From Somniosus microcephalus (Eukaryota), in assembly GCA_052327205.1 (NCBI GenBank), contig JBMRGM010001163.1, forward strand, positions 1-50,108: a DNA stretch of 50,108 bases, given 5' to 3'. The position numbers were made by a program, and so were the translations under genes. Below, in pieces: positions 25,978 to 41,426 of this stretch. The notes under the pieces were generated by a model. The model was not told where the DNA came from, ran no database searches, and worked only from the letters and a program-made list of their open reading frames with translations. The first letter of the stretch is position 1; the number at the start of each line of letters is the position of its first letter.

Positions 25978-26274
25978 ATGTCCCCTATCTATTTTAGTTT
26001 TAGCTCCGCATTTATCTTAGGCTTAATAGGCCTCGCATTCAACCGATCACACCTTTTATCCGCCTTACTCTGTTTAGAAGGAATAATACTATCCTTATTT
26101 ATTGCCCTAGCCCTTTGATCAATAACACTAAACTCCACTTCATGCTCAATTACCCCAATAATCCTTTTAACTTTTTCTGCTTGTGAAGCAGGCGCAGGCC
26201 TTGCCCTGCTAGTAGCAGCTACTCGAACCCACGGCTCAGACCGCCTTCAAAACTTAAATTTACTACAATGCTAA
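25978..26274 (+). CDS. ND4L: NADH dehydrogenase subunit 4L, copy 2
   Basis: Copy 1 feature +16730. Confidence 0.95.
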
Positions 26275-27648
26275 AAATCTTAATTCCAACAATTATATTA
26301 TTTCTCATTACATGACTCTCATCAAAAAAATGATTATGACCTATTACAACTGCCCATAGTCTTTTAATCGCATTACTCAGTATACTGTGATTTAAATGAA
26401 ATACGGATATTGGATGAGATTTCTCTAACCAATACCTAGGTATTGATCCTCTCTCAGCCCCTTTACTTATCCTCACCTGCTGGCTCCTCCCATTAATGAT
26501 TTTAGCAAGTCAAAACCACATTTCCACTGAACCTATTATTCGCCAACGAATTTATATTACACTACTAATCTCCCTACAAACTTTCCTCATCTTAGCATTT
26601 AGTGCAACAGAATTAATTATATTTTATATTATATTTGAAGCTACATTAATCCCAACCCTTATTATTATTACCCGATGAGGAAATCAAACTGAACGCTTAA
26701 ACGCAGGAACCTATTTTTTATTTTATACCCTAATCGGCTCATTACCCCTACTTATCGCCCTTTTACTTATACAAAATGACCTGGGCTCTCTATCTATAAT
26801 TATTATTCAATATCCTGAACCACTTAGCCTATCCACATGAGCTGATAAGTTATGGTGAGTAGCCTGCCTTATTGCCTTCCTAGTAAAAATACCTCTCTAT
26901 GGAGTACATCTTTGACTACCCAAAGCCCACGTTGAAGCCCCTATTGCAGGATCAATAATTTTAGCTGCAGTACTACTTAAATTAGGGGGCTATGGGTTAA
27001 TACGAATTATTGTTATACTTAATCCTTTAACCAAAGAAATAGCGTACCCATTCTTAATTCTAGCCATCTGAGGCGTAATCATAACCAGTTCGATTTGCCT
27101 CCGGCAAACCGACCTTAAATCCCTAATTGCTTATTCATCCGTAAGCCATATAGGTTTAGTTGCCGGAGCAATCATAATCCAAACACCATGAAGCTTTGCA
27201 GGGGCAATTACATTAATAATCGCACACGGATTAATTTCATCAACCCTCTTCTGCCTAGCAAATACTAACTACGAACGCACCCATAGCCGCACCCTTCTCC
27301 TCGCTCGAGGCATTCAAGTTATACTTCCACTTATGGCAACCTGATGATTTATTACTAACCTAGCTAACCTCGCTCTTCCGCCCACCCCTAATTTAATAGG
27401 AGAACTCCTTATCATTTCCTCACTATTTAACTGATCTAATTGAACTATCTTATTGACCGGACTGGGGGTTTTAATTACAGCCGCATATTCCCTATACATA
27501 TTTTTAATAACTCAACGAGGCCTTGCATCACAACATTTACTATCCTTAAACCCATCACATACTCGAGAACACCTTCTCCTCAATCTCCATCTTATCCCTA
27601 TATTATTATTAATCTTCAAACCAGAACTTATTTGGGGTTGAACCTTCT
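26268..27648 (+). CDS. ND4: NADH dehydrogenase subunit 4, copy 2
   Basis: Copy 1 feature +16730. Confidence 0.96.
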
Positions 27649-27717
27649 GTTATTATAGTTTAACAAAAACATTAGATTGTGATTCTAAAAACAAAAGTTA
27701 AAATCTTTTTAATAACC
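27649..27717 (+). tRNA. trnH: tRNA-His, copy 2
   Basis: Copy 1 feature +16730. Confidence 0.92.
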
Positions 27718-27784
27718 AAGAGGGGTCTGGGACACAAAGAACTGCTAATTCTTTTATTCATGGTTCAAATCCATGGCTCACTTG
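27718..27784 (+). tRNA. trnS1: tRNA-Ser(AGY), copy 2
   Basis: Copy 1 feature +16730. Confidence 0.88.
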
Positions 27785-27856
27785 GCCCTTGAAAGATAAT
27801 AGCTATCTATTGGTCTTAGGAACCAAAAACTCTTGGTGCAACTCCAAGCAAGAGCT
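27785..27856 (+). tRNA. trnL1: tRNA-Leu(CUN), copy 2
   Basis: Copy 1 feature +16730. Confidence 0.92.
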
Positions 27857-29689
27857 ATGAATATAACTATCTTTAACTCAGCCTTCCTCCTTATCTTCAT
27901 TATCCTGTTGTATCCCCTTATTTCATCACTATCTCCTAAAGAACTTAACCTCAACTGAGCATCTTCACATGTTAAAACTGCTGTAAAAATTTCCTTCTTC
28001 GTTAGCCTTATACCATTATTTATTTACCTAGACCAGGGCCTAGAATCAATCACAACCAATTGAAACTGAATTAATATTGGACCATTTGACATTAACATAA
28101 GTTTTAAATTTGATATATACTCAATTATCTTCACCCCGATTGCCCTATACGTAACCTGATCTATCCTCGAATTTGCCCTCTGATATATGCACTCAGACCC
28201 AAACATCAACCGCTTCTTTAAATATTTACTCCTATTCCTAATTTCCATAATCATCTTAGTCACAGCCAACAACATATTCCAATTATTCATTGGTTGGGAG
28301 GGAGTTGGAATCATATCTTTCCTCCTTATCGGTTGATGGTATAGTCGAACGGACGCAAATACTGCGGCCCTACAGGCCGTGATTTATAACCGCGTAGGGG
28401 ACATCGGCCTTATCTTAAGTATAGCTTGATTAGCTATAAACCTAAACTCATGAGAAATCCAACAACTATTTATTCTTTCCAAAGAGAAAGACTTAACTTT
28501 ACCTCTTCTTGGTTTAGTCCTAGCTGCAGCAGGAAAATCTGCACAGTTTGGACTCCACCCATGGCTGCCTGCAGCCATGGAAGGACCCACGCCAGTCTCT
28601 GCCCTACTCCACTCTAGTACTATAGTTGTTGCTGGTATCTTCCTATTAATTCGCCTCCACCCACTAATGCAAGATAACCAACTAATCTTAACAACATGCC
28701 TATGCTTAGGAGCCCTGACTACTCTATTTACTGCCGCATGCGCATTAACTCAAAATGATATTAAAAAAATCATTGCCTTTTCAACATCAAGCCAACTCGG
28801 CTTAATAATAGTTACAATTGGACTAAATCAGCCCCAATTAGCGTTTCTTCATATTTGCACACACGCTTTCTTTAAAGCAATACTTTTCCTCTGTTCAGGC
28901 TCAATTATTCATAGTTTAAATGATGAACAAGATATTCGAAAGATAGGAGGATTACAAAAACTTCTACCATTAACCTCATCATCCTTAACCATTGGCAGCC
29001 TCGCCCTTACAGGAATGCCCTTCCTATCAGGGTTTTTTTCAAAAGACGCAATCATTGAATCTTTAAACACTTCCCATTTGAACGCCTGAGCCCTAATTTT
29101 AACTCTTATTGCAACTTCCTTCACCGCCATTTACAGCCTGCGCCTTGTCTTCTTTGCCTTAATAAAATACCCACGATTTCCCCCCCTCTCCCCCATCAAT
29201 GAAAATAATATTCTAGTTATTAACCCAATCAAACGACTCGCATACGGAAGTATCCTCGCTGGCTTAATCATTACACTTAACCTCCCACCAACAAAAACCC
29301 AAATTATGACCATAACTCCATTACTAAAATTATCCGCCCTCCTAGTGACTATTATTGGCCTGCTAGTAGCGCTAGAACTAGCCAACCTAACCAGCACTCA
29401 ACTCAAAACTACCCCGACCCTACTAACCCACCATTTCTCCAATATATTAGGATATTTTCCCCCAATTATTCACCGATTAATACCAAAGCTCAACTTAAAA
29501 TGGGCTCAATACGTCTCAACACACCTTATTGACCTAACCTGAAACGAAAAAATTGGCCCAAAAAGCACTCTTATCCAACAAACACCTCTAATTAAATTAT
29601 CTACGCAACCCCAACAAGGACTGATCAAAACCTACTTAATACTACTTTTCCTAACACTAACTTTAACCGTCTTAGTCATTACAGCCTAA
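27857..29689 (+). CDS. ND5: NADH dehydrogenase subunit 5, copy 2
   Basis: Copy 1 feature +16730. Confidence 0.96.
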
Positions 29690-30207
29690 ACCACACGTAA
29701 AGTACCATACGATAGACCCCGAGTTAATTCTAAAATCACAAATAACGTTAAAAGTAACACCCACCCCCCCAACACTAACATAATCCCCCCATTAGAGTAC
29801 AATAAAGCTACACCACCAAAATCCCCTCGAACCATTTCTAAATTACTCATTTCCTCAACCCCCGTTCAACCCAGTCCTCACCATTTAGTAAAAAAATACT
29901 GTCCTACAAAAAAAAGACCAAGTAAATAAACACTAATATATAATAATACAGATCAATCAGCCCACGTCTCAGGATATGGCTCAGCAGCAAGCGCTGCCGT
30001 ATAAGCAAACACAACCAACATTCCCCCTAAATAAATCAAAAATAGTACTAAAGATAAAAAAGACCCACCATGCCCAACTAATAAGCCACACCCAACCCCA
30101 GCAGCTATTACTAAACCAAGCGCTGCAAAATAAGGGGAAGGATTTGACGCCACTGCTATTAATCCAAGAACAAGCCCTACTAATATTACAAATATAAAAT
30201 AAACCAT
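29686..30207 (-). CDS. ND6: NADH dehydrogenase subunit 6, copy 2
   Basis: Copy 1 feature +16730. Confidence 0.95.
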
Positions 30208-30277
30208 TACTCTTACCTGGACTTTAACCAAGACCAATAACTTGAAAAACTATCGTTGTTTATTCAACTATAAGAAT
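30208..30277 (-). tRNA. trnE: tRNA-Glu, copy 2
   Basis: Copy 1 feature +16730. Confidence 0.9.
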
Positions 30278-30281
30278 TATA

Positions 30282-31427
30282 ATGACCACTAACACCCGAA
30301 AAACCCACCCACTTATTAAAATTGTTAATGACGCTTTAATTGATCTACCCTCACCGTCTAACTTTTCAATTTGATGAAACTTTGGATCACTCTTAGGACT
30401 TTGCCTAATTATTCAAATCCTTACAGGCCTATTCCTGGCCATACACTACACCGCAGACATTTCCACGGCCTTCTCCTCAGTAGCCCATATTTGCCGTGAC
30501 GTAAATTACGGCTGATTAATTCGCAATATTCATGCCAACGGGGCCTCATTATTCTTTATCTGTATTTATTTACATATTGCCCGAGGACTTTATTATGGCT
30601 CTTACCTCTTCAAAGAGACATGAAATGTTGGGGTTATTCTATTATTTCTACTAATAGCAACAGCCTTCGTGGGTTATGTCCTGCCATGAGGACAAATATC
30701 TTTCTGAGGGGCCACAGTTATTACTAATCTTCTTTCCGCCTTCCCGTATGTTGGGGACACACTAGTCCAATGAATTTGAGGAGGCTTCTCAATTGATAAC
30801 GCCACCCTTACACGTTTCTTCGCATTCCATTTCATCCTCCCATTCCTAATCATTGGACTAACTCTCATTCACCTATTATTTCTACACGAAACTGGCTCCA
30901 ACAACCCAATAGGCCTTAATTCTGACATAGACAAGATTTCATTCCACCCCTACTTCTCATACAAAGATATAGTTGGGTTCTTTATCATAATTACTCTACT
31001 AACCCTATTAGCCCTATTCTTACCTAACCTATTAGGCGATGCCGAAAACTTCATTCCTGCTAATCCACTTGTTACCCCGCCCCACATTAAACCTGAATGA
31101 TATTTCCTATTTGCCTACGCCATCCTACGCTCTATCCCAAATAAACTTGGGGGGGTTCTAGCCCTCCTATTCTCAATCTTTATTCTCATGTTGGTTCCAA
31201 TGCTTCACACCTCAAAACAACGAAGCAATACCTTCCGACCCCCAGCCCAAATCCTTTTCTGACTACTAGTAGCCAACGCAATTATCCTAACATGAATTGG
31301 AGGACAGCCAGTTGAACAACCATTCATTATCATCGGCCAAATTGCCTCCGTTACCTACTTCTCATTATTCCTTATTATTATCCCATTAACCAGCTGGTAT
31401 GAAAACAAAATGCTCAGCCTAAATTAA
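30282..31427 (+). CDS. CYTB: Cytochrome b, copy 2
   Basis: Copy 1 feature +16730. Confidence 0.97.
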
Positions 31428-31428
31428 T

Positions 31429-31501
31429 GTTTTGGTAGCTTAAATTTAAAAGCGTCGGCCTTGTAAGTCGAAGACCGGGGGTGAAATCCCTCCCCAAAGC
31501 A
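31429..31501 (+). tRNA. trnT: tRNA-Thr, copy 2
   Basis: Copy 1 feature +16730. Confidence 0.92.
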
Positions 31502-31503
31502 CA

Positions 31504-31572
31504 TCAGAGGAAAGAGAGTTAAACTCCTGCCCTTGGCTCCCAAAGCCAAGATTCTGCCTAAACTGCCCCCTG
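31504..31572 (-). tRNA. trnP: tRNA-Pro, copy 2
   Basis: Copy 1 feature +16730. Confidence 0.92.
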
Positions 31573-32647
31573 AATGTCTAAAGATCACGCAAAAAGCGTG
31601 ATTTTTTTGAAGTAAGTCAGTTGCACATATTAATGATATAGCCCACATATCCTAATATGCCACATACAACTTCACCTGATAATCAACATGTATGATTTAC
31701 CCCATCTTCATCACATATACTATGTATAATACTCATTAACCTATAATCCTCACCTTCATTACATACTATGATTAACCCACACTTCCTTAATAATCAACAA
31801 ATTCATTTCATTAAAATTCATAACCCACATTAATCTATAATCAATATATCCATTTCATAATACCTTTAACCCCTATTTTATGAAGATCAATTATTCAATT
31901 CGGGAAAACTAGAAACCCGCAATAATCCCTTGTAAGGTATATAGTGTACGGTTTGTGGTACATAATTGATTAATCCCTAATAATAGATCAAATGCCGGCA
32001 TTTGGCTACCTTAAGATACACACAGTTCTGTACGCGTCAGCCATCCAGACCGCTAGCTCCCTTTAATGGCATTCTACTCTTAACCGTCTCAAGATTTATC
32101 AATCTCCCAGCTTTTTTTTTTCGGGATGAAGCAGTAACTATGCCCAAGGGCTGGGATAAAAACACTAATACAAATCTGAACTCATCTAGACCTAAATTGA
32201 GATATTAAATAAATGAAATCCTCGGACTCTGGTCATTAAGTTGACCATATTGTCAAGTGGATTGAAGGTATGAATTATGAAAGACACTATTTTATTTCGT
32301 GATTAGTGTTACTTCTGCTTAAGAAAGATACGTCATTAACCCTCAGAGATTTTGGTAATCGATAATTAATTAATGGAGTTTCGCATACAATTCTTTGACA
32401 CATACTTCACTATACGAGCATAGATATTAGACTTTTCACTATTTTTTGAGAGGTGCCCCTTGGGTTCCGAAGAGAAAGACGACTGATTGTTAACTAGTTT
32501 TTTTTGGAAAAACCCCCCCTCCCCCCTAATATGCATAATGACTTTTCTCGAAAAACCCCAAAAACGAGGGCCGAATGCACATTTTTACCTTTTTGCGTGT
32601 GGAAAATATCCGCTATACATTGTTGCACTTGTGTTGCACAATGTGAC
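31573..32647. promoter_or_regulatory. Control region / D-loop, copy 2
   Basis: Copy 1 feature +16730. Confidence 0.95.
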
Positions 32648-32716
32648 GCTAGTGTAGCTTAATTGAAAGTATGGCACTGAAGATGCTAAGATGAAAAATA
32701 AAAATTTCCGCAGGCA
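32648..32716 (+). tRNA. trnF: tRNA-Phe, copy 2
   Basis: Copy 1 feature +16730. Confidence 0.92.
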
Positions 32717-33667
32717 TGTAAGGTTTGGTCCTAGCCTCAGTATTAATTGTAACTTGACTTATACATGCAAGTTTCAGCACCCCTGTGAGAATGCCCTAAT
32801 CAACCTATTAATTGGTCAGGAGCTGGTATCAGGCACACACACGTAGCCCAAGACACCTTGCTAAGCCACACCCCCATGGGACTTCAGCAGTAATAAACAT
32901 TGATTCTATAAGCGCAAGCTTGAATCAGTTAGAGTTGACTGGGTTGGTAAAACTCGTGCCAGCCACCGCGGTTATACGAGTAACCCTTATTAATATTTTC
33001 CCGGCGTAAAGAGTGGTTTAAGAGAATCTTAAACAACTAAAGTTAAGACCTTATCAAGCCGTTATACGCTCCTATGAGTGGAATTATCAACAACGAAAGT
33101 GACTTTATAACATTAGAAATCTTGATGCCACGACAGTTGGGCCCCAAACTAGGATTAGATACCCTACTATGCCCAACCACAAACTTAGACAATAACCTAC
33201 CACATTGTCCGCCAGAGTACTACAAGCGCTAGCTTAAAACCCAAAGGACTTGGCGGTGCCCTAGACCCCCCTAGAGGAGCCTGTTCTATAACCGATAATC
33301 CCCGTTAAACCTCACCACTCCTTGCCAATACCGCCTATATACCGCCGTCGTCAGCTCACCCTGTGAAGGATAAGAAGTAAGCAAAAAGAATTAACTCCCA
33401 CACGTCAGGTCGAGGTGTAGCGAATGGAGTGGAAAGAAATGGGCTACATTTTCTACTAAGAAAACACGGATAGTAAACTGAAAATCTACTTTAAGGTGGA
33501 TTTAGCAGTAAGGAAAAATCAGAGTATTTTCCTGAAGCCGGCTCTAGGGCGCGCACACACCGCCCGTCACTCTCCTCAACAAAACCTTTACTTTTTATAA
33601 AAAAATTATTTTACTAAGAGGAGGCAAGTCGTAACATGGTAAGTGTACTGGAAAGTGTACTTGGAAT
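32717..33667 (+). rRNA. rrnS: 12S rRNA (spans the copy 2/3 boundary)
   Basis: Copy 1 feature +16730. Confidence 0.95.
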
Positions 33668-33739
33668 CAAAATGTAGCTTAAATAGTAAAGCACCTCCCT
33701 TACACCGAGGACAAACCCGCGCACTTCGAGTCATTTTGA
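33668..33739 (+). tRNA. trnV: tRNA-Val, copy 3
   Basis: Copy 1 feature +33460. Confidence 0.92.
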
Positions 33740-35414
33740 ACATTAAAGCTAGCCTAATTACCCTATTTAAACAAAACCCTATCAATTATATCCACCATTA
33801 ATTTTTAAATTAAAACATTTTACACCTTTTAGTATGGGTGACAGAACAATAAATTTTAGCGCAATAGACTATGTACCGCAAGGGAGAGCTGAAAAAGAAA
33901 TGAAACAAATAATTAAAGTAATAAAAAGCAGAGACTCAACCTCGTCCCTTTTGCATCATGATTTAGCTAGATCAACTAGGCAAAGAGATCTTAAGTCTAT
34001 CTTCCCGAAACTAAACGAGCTACTCCGGAGCAGCACATTAGAGCCAACCCGTCTCTGTGGCAAAAGAGTGGGAAGACTTCCGAGTAGCGGTGACAGACCT
34101 ATCGAGTTTAGTGATAGCTGGTTATCCAAGAAAAGAACTTAAATTCTGCATTAATTTTTTTACGCCGACTAGAACATCTTCTTAAGGCCAAAAATAAGAA
34201 TTAGTAGTTATTTAGAAGAGGTACAGCCCTTCTAAATTAAGATACAACTTTTAAAGGCGGGTAATGATCACATTTTATTAAAGGTTTTACCCCCAGTGGG
34301 CTTAAAAGCAGCCATCTGTAAAGTAAGCGTCACAGCTCCAGCTCCATGCAAACCTATAATTTAGATATTATCTCACAACCCCCTTACCTGTATTGGATTA
34401 TTTTATACATTTATAAAAGAACTTATGCTAAAATGAGTAATAAGAGGCCAAACCTCTCCTAACACAAGTGTACATCAGAAAGAATTAAATCACTGATAAT
34501 TAAACGAACCCAAACTGAGGACATAATAATAATTTATTATCAACTAGAAAACCTTATTAAATAATTCGTTAACCCCACACAGGAGTGTATTAAGGAAAGA
34601 TTAAAAGAAAATAAAGGAACTCGGCAAACACAAACTCCGCCTGTTTACCAAAAACATCGCCTCTTGTTTAACTATCATAAGAGGTCCCGCCTGCCCTGTG
34701 ACAATGTTCAACGGCCGCGGTATTTTGACCGTGCGAAGGTAGCGTAATCACTTGTCTTTTAAATGAAGACCTGTATGAAAGGCATCACGAGAGTTTAACT
34801 GTCTCTATTTTCTAATCAATGAAATTGATCTTCTCGTGCAGAAGCGAGAATATTACCATAAGACGAGAAGACCCTATGGAGCTTCAAACACTTAAATTAA
34901 CTATGTAAAATTGTAATCCCCTGGGAATAATCACTCATACAATATTTCTAATTTAATTGTTTTTGGTTGGGGTGACCGAGGGGGAAAAAAAATCCCCCCT
35001 ATCGATTGAGTATTTAATACTTGAAAATTAGAACGACAGTTCTAATTAATAAAACATTTACCGAAAAATGACCCAGAATTTTTTCTGATCAATGAACCAA
35101 GTTACCCTAGGGATAACAGCGCAATCCTTTCCAAGAGTCCCTATCGCCGAAAGGGTTTACGACCTCGATGTTGGATCAGGACATCCTAATGGTGCAACCG
35201 TTATTAAGGGTTCGTTTGTTCAACGATTAACAGTCCTACGTGATCTGAGTTCAGACCGGAGAAATCCAGGTCAGTTTCTATCTATGAACTTATTTTTCCT
35301 AGTACGAAAGGACCGGAAAAATGGAGCCAATGCCCAACGGTATGCTCCCTTTTCACCTGCTGAAATAAACTAAATTAGGTAAGAAAAAATTACCTAAAAC
35401 CCAAGACAAGGGTT
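33740..35414 (+). rRNA. rrnL: 16S rRNA, copy 3
   Basis: Copy 1 feature +33460. Confidence 0.95.
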
Positions 35415-35489
35415 GTTAAGGTGGCAGAGCCTGGTAAATGCGAAAGACCTAAGTCCTTTAATTCAGAGGTTCAAATCCTCTCCTTAATT
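35415..35489 (+). tRNA. trnL2: tRNA-Leu(UUR), copy 3
   Basis: Copy 1 feature +33460. Confidence 0.92.
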
Positions 35490-36464
35490 ATGCTACAACA
35501 CATTTTACTCTACCTTATTAACCCACTTGCCTACATTGTCCCTATTCTTTTAGCTACAGCTTTTTTAACCTTAGTTGAACGAAAAATCCTGGGCTACATA
35601 CAATTCCGTAAAGGTCCTAACATTGTAGGACCCTATGGGCTCCTTCAACCCATCGCAGACGGCATTAAACTCTTTATCAAAGAACCCATCCGGCCATCTA
35701 CGTCCTCCCCATTTTTATTTTTAGCCACCCCCACCCTCGCATTAACCCTAGCCCTCCTTATATGAATACCCCTCCCCTTACCCCATTCAATCATTAACCT
35801 CAACCTAGGCCTCTTATTTATTTTGGCAGTCTCAAGTTTAACCGTATATACAATTCTAGGCTCAGGATGAGCATCAAATTCAAAATACGCCCTTATAGGG
35901 GCCCTACGAGCTGTAGCACAAACTATCTCCTACGAGGTTAGTTTAGGCCTCATCTTATTATCTATAATTATCTTCGCAGGGGGATTTACACTTCACACCT
36001 TTAACCTAACCCAAGAAACAATCTGACTATTAATTCCAGGCTGACCATTAGCCATAATATGGTATATCTCAACTTTAGCAGAGACCAACCGAGCACCGTT
36101 TGATCTAACCGAAGGAGAATCAGAATTAGTCTCAGGGTTTAATGTTGAATATGCAGCCGGGTCATTTGCCTTATTTTTCCTGGCCGAATATACAAATATT
36201 TTAATAATAAATACTCTTTCCGTAATTTTATTTATGGGCTCCTCCTATAACCCTACAATGCCACAAATTTCCACATTTTATTTAATAATAAAAGCAACAC
36301 TACTCACCATAATTTTTCTATGAATTCGCGCATCCTACCCACGATTCCGTTATGACCAACTTATACACTTAGTATGAAAAAACTTTTTACCACTAACCCT
36401 AGCCATCATCCTATGACACGCCGCCCTCCCACTCGCTATAGCAAGCCTTCCTCCACTAACTTAG
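35490..36464 (+). CDS. ND1: NADH dehydrogenase subunit 1, copy 3
   Basis: Copy 1 feature +33460. Confidence 0.96.
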
Positions 36465-36466
36465 AT

Positions 36467-36536
36467 GGAAGTGTGCCTGAACTAAAGGACCACTTTGATA
36501 GAGTGGATAATGAAAGTTAAAATCTCTCCACTTCCT
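36467..36536 (+). tRNA. trnI: tRNA-Ile, copy 3
   Basis: Copy 1 feature +33460. Confidence 0.92.
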
Positions 36537-36537
36537 A

Positions 36538-36609
36538 TTAGAAAAATAGGACTTGAACCTACACCCAAGAGATCAAAACTCTTGGTACTTCCAATTATAC
36601 TATTTCCTA
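36538..36609 (-). tRNA. trnQ: tRNA-Gln, copy 3
   Basis: Copy 1 feature +33460. Confidence 0.9.
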
Positions 36610-36678
36610 AGTAAAGTCAGCTAATTAAGCTTTTGGGCCCATACCCCAACCACGTCGGTTAAAATCCTTCCTCTACTA
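36610..36678 (+). tRNA. trnM: tRNA-Met, copy 3
   Basis: Copy 1 feature +33460. Confidence 0.92.
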
Positions 36679-37725
36679 ATGAACCCTGTAGTATTAACCA
36701 TTATTATCTCAAGCCTAGGCCTGGGAACCATAATAACATTTATTGGATCCCATTGACTCCTGGTATGAATAGGCCTTGAAATTAATACCTTGGCTATTAT
36801 CCCTTTAATAATTCGCCAACACCACCCCCGAGCAGTAGAAGCAACCACAAAATATTTCCTAACACAAGCAACCGCCTCTGCTCTACTTTTATTTGCTAGT
36901 ATTACAAACGCCTGAACATCAGGCGAATGAAGTTTACTTGAAATACTTAACCCAACATCCGCCACACTTGCAACTATCGCATTAGCCTTAAAAATTGGCC
37001 TCGCACCAATACATTTTTGACTACCTGAAGTACTTCAAGGATTAGACCTTACCACAGGTTTAATTCTAGCCACCTGACAAAAACTTGCTCCCTTTGCCAT
37101 TCTCCTTCAACTCCATCACTTGCTTAATTCAAATTTACTACTATTCTTAGGCATTTCTTCAACTATCGTTGGGGGCTGAGGCGGCCTAAACCAGACTCAA
37201 CTACGAAAAATCCTAGCTTACTCATCAATCGCCCACCTTGGATGAATAATTACAATCCTACATTACTCCCCTAACCTTACCAAACTCAACCTCTCCTTAT
37301 ATATTATTATAACCCTCACAACCTTTCTCCTCTTTAAACTCTTCGACTCCACTAAAATTAATTCTATCGCCATCTCAACAGTCAAATCACCCCTTCTAAC
37401 TGTAATTACCTTAATAACCCTACTCTCTCTTGGTGGCCTACCACCACTTTCAGGATTTATACCAAAATGATTGATTTTACAAGAACTAACCAAACAAAAC
37501 CTGGCTATTCCAGCCACCATTATAGCCCTCGCAGCCCTCCTTAGCTTATTCTTCTACCTTCGTCTATGCTACTCTACAACCCTAACCATATCCCCAAACT
37601 CTATCTATCTATCAACCTCATGACGAACAAAATCCCTTCAACCAAACATAACCCTAATGACAGCCTCCTCCCTCTCTATTCTACTCTTACCACTAACACC
37701 TGCCATTCTTATATTAACACTTTAA
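36679..37725 (+). CDS. ND2: NADH dehydrogenase subunit 2, copy 3
   Basis: Copy 1 feature +33460. Confidence 0.96.
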
Positions 37726-37793
37726 GAAATTTAGGCTAAATAGACCAAAAGCCTTCAAAGCTTTTAGCAGGAGTGAAAATCCCCTAATTTCTG
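37725..37793 (+). tRNA. trnW: tRNA-Trp, copy 3
   Basis: Copy 1 feature +33460. Confidence 0.92.
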
Positions 37794-37794
37794 T

Positions 37795-37863
37795 TAAGAC
37801 TTGCAAGATTTTATCTCACATCTTCTGAATGCAACCCAGATGCTTTTATTAAGCTAAAACCTT
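37795..37863 (-). tRNA. trnA: tRNA-Ala, copy 3
   Basis: Copy 1 feature +33460. Confidence 0.9.
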
Positions 37864-37937
37864 CTAGATAAATAGGCCTTGATCCTACAAAAATCTTAGT
37901 TAACAGCTAAGCGTCCAAACCAGCGAACTTTTATCTA
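37864..37937 (-). tRNA. trnN: tRNA-Asn, copy 3
   Basis: Copy 1 feature +33460. Confidence 0.9.
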
Positions 37938-37940
37938 CGG

Positions 37941-37976
37941 CTTCCTCCCGCCGTAATACGGGGAGGCGGGAGGAAA
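37941..37976. promoter_or_regulatory. OL stem-loop, copy 3
   Basis: Copy 1 feature +33460. Confidence 0.9.
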
Positions 37977-38041
37977 GCCCCGGGAGGAGTTAACCTCCGG
38001 TTTTGGATTTGCAATCCAACGTATAAATCTACTGCGGAACT
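37975..38041 (-). tRNA. trnC: tRNA-Cys, copy 3
   Basis: Copy 1 feature +33460. Confidence 0.9.
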
Positions 38042-38042
38042 T

Positions 38043-38112
38043 TGGTAAGAAGAGGGGTTTAACCTCTGTTCACGGGATTACAATCCGCCACTTAATTCTC
38101 AGTCACCTTACC
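38043..38112 (-). tRNA. trnY: tRNA-Tyr, copy 3
   Basis: Copy 1 feature +33460. Confidence 0.9.
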
Positions 38113-38113
38113 T

Positions 38114-39670
<1,557 letters not shown>

Positions 39671-39741
39671 CAAGGAAGGAAGGAATTGAACCCCCGTATA
39701 TTGATTTCAAGTCAATCACATCACCACTCTGTCACTTTCTT
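39671..39741 (-). tRNA. trnS2: tRNA-Ser(UCN), copy 3
   Basis: Copy 1 feature +33460. Confidence 0.9.
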
Positions 39742-39744
39742 TGT

Positions 39745-39814
39745 AAGATTCTAGTAAAATGTATTACACTGCCTTGTCAAGGCAAAATTGTAAGTTCAAG
39801 TCTTACGAGTCCTA
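39745..39814 (+). tRNA. trnD: tRNA-Asp, copy 3
   Basis: Copy 1 feature +33460. Confidence 0.92.
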
Positions 39815-39815
39815 A

Positions 39816-40509
<694 letters not shown>

Positions 40510-40583
40510 CACTAAGAAGCTACAATGGGTTTAGCATTAGCCTTTTAAGCTAAAAATTGGTGACTCCCTACCACCCTTAGTGA
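40510..40583 (+). tRNA. trnK: tRNA-Lys, copy 3
   Basis: Copy 1 feature +33460. Confidence 0.92.
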
Positions 40584-40584
40584 C

Positions 40585-40752
40585 ATGCCTCAATTAAACC
40601 CACACCCTTGATTTGCCATTCTCATATTTTCATGAATTTTCTTCCTAGCAATTTTACCAAAAAAAGTAATAACACACCTATTCAATAATGAACCTACAAC
40701 AAAAAGTGCTGAAAAACCCAAAACTGAGCCCTGAAATTGACCATGAACCTAA
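40585..40752 (+). CDS. ATP8: ATP synthase F0 subunit 8, copy 3
   Basis: Copy 1 feature +33460. Confidence 0.95.
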
Positions 40753-41426
40753 GTTTTTTTGACCAATTCTTAAGCCCCTCACTCCTTGGAATCCCATTAA
40801 TTGCCCTAGCAATTATAATCCCATGATTAATCTTCCCAGCTCCAACAAACCGCTGACTTAATAATCGTCTTACAACCCTCCAATCCTGATTTATTAACCG
40901 ATTTACATACCAATTAATACAGCCTATAAACCTTGGGGGACATAAATGAGCCACTATTTTAACAGCCCTAATATTATTTTTAATTACTATTAACCTTCTT
41001 GGTTTACTACCATATACTTTTACACCTACAACCCAATTATCCCTAAACATAGCATTTGCCATCCCCCTTTGACTAACAACTGTTTTAATTGGGGTACTCA
41101 ATCAACCCACCATTGCTCTTGGGCACCTACTACCAGAAGGCACTCCAACCCTATTAATCCCAATTTTAATTATTATCGAAACTATCAGCCTCTTTATTCG
41201 ACCTTTAGCATTAGGTGTTCGACTAACTGCCAATCTTACAGCTGGCCACCTTCTCATACAACTAATCGCCACCGCAGCCTTTGTATTAATTACTATTATA
41301 CCCGCCGTAGCCCTACTAACCTCCCTAGTCTTATTTCTATTAACACTCTTAGAAATTGCCGTAGCAATAATTCAAGCATACGTATTTGTTCTTTTATTAA
41401 GCCTCTACTTACAAGAAAACGTTTAA
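40743..41426 (+). CDS. ATP6: ATP synthase F0 subunit 6, copy 3
   Basis: Copy 1 feature +33460. Confidence 0.95.
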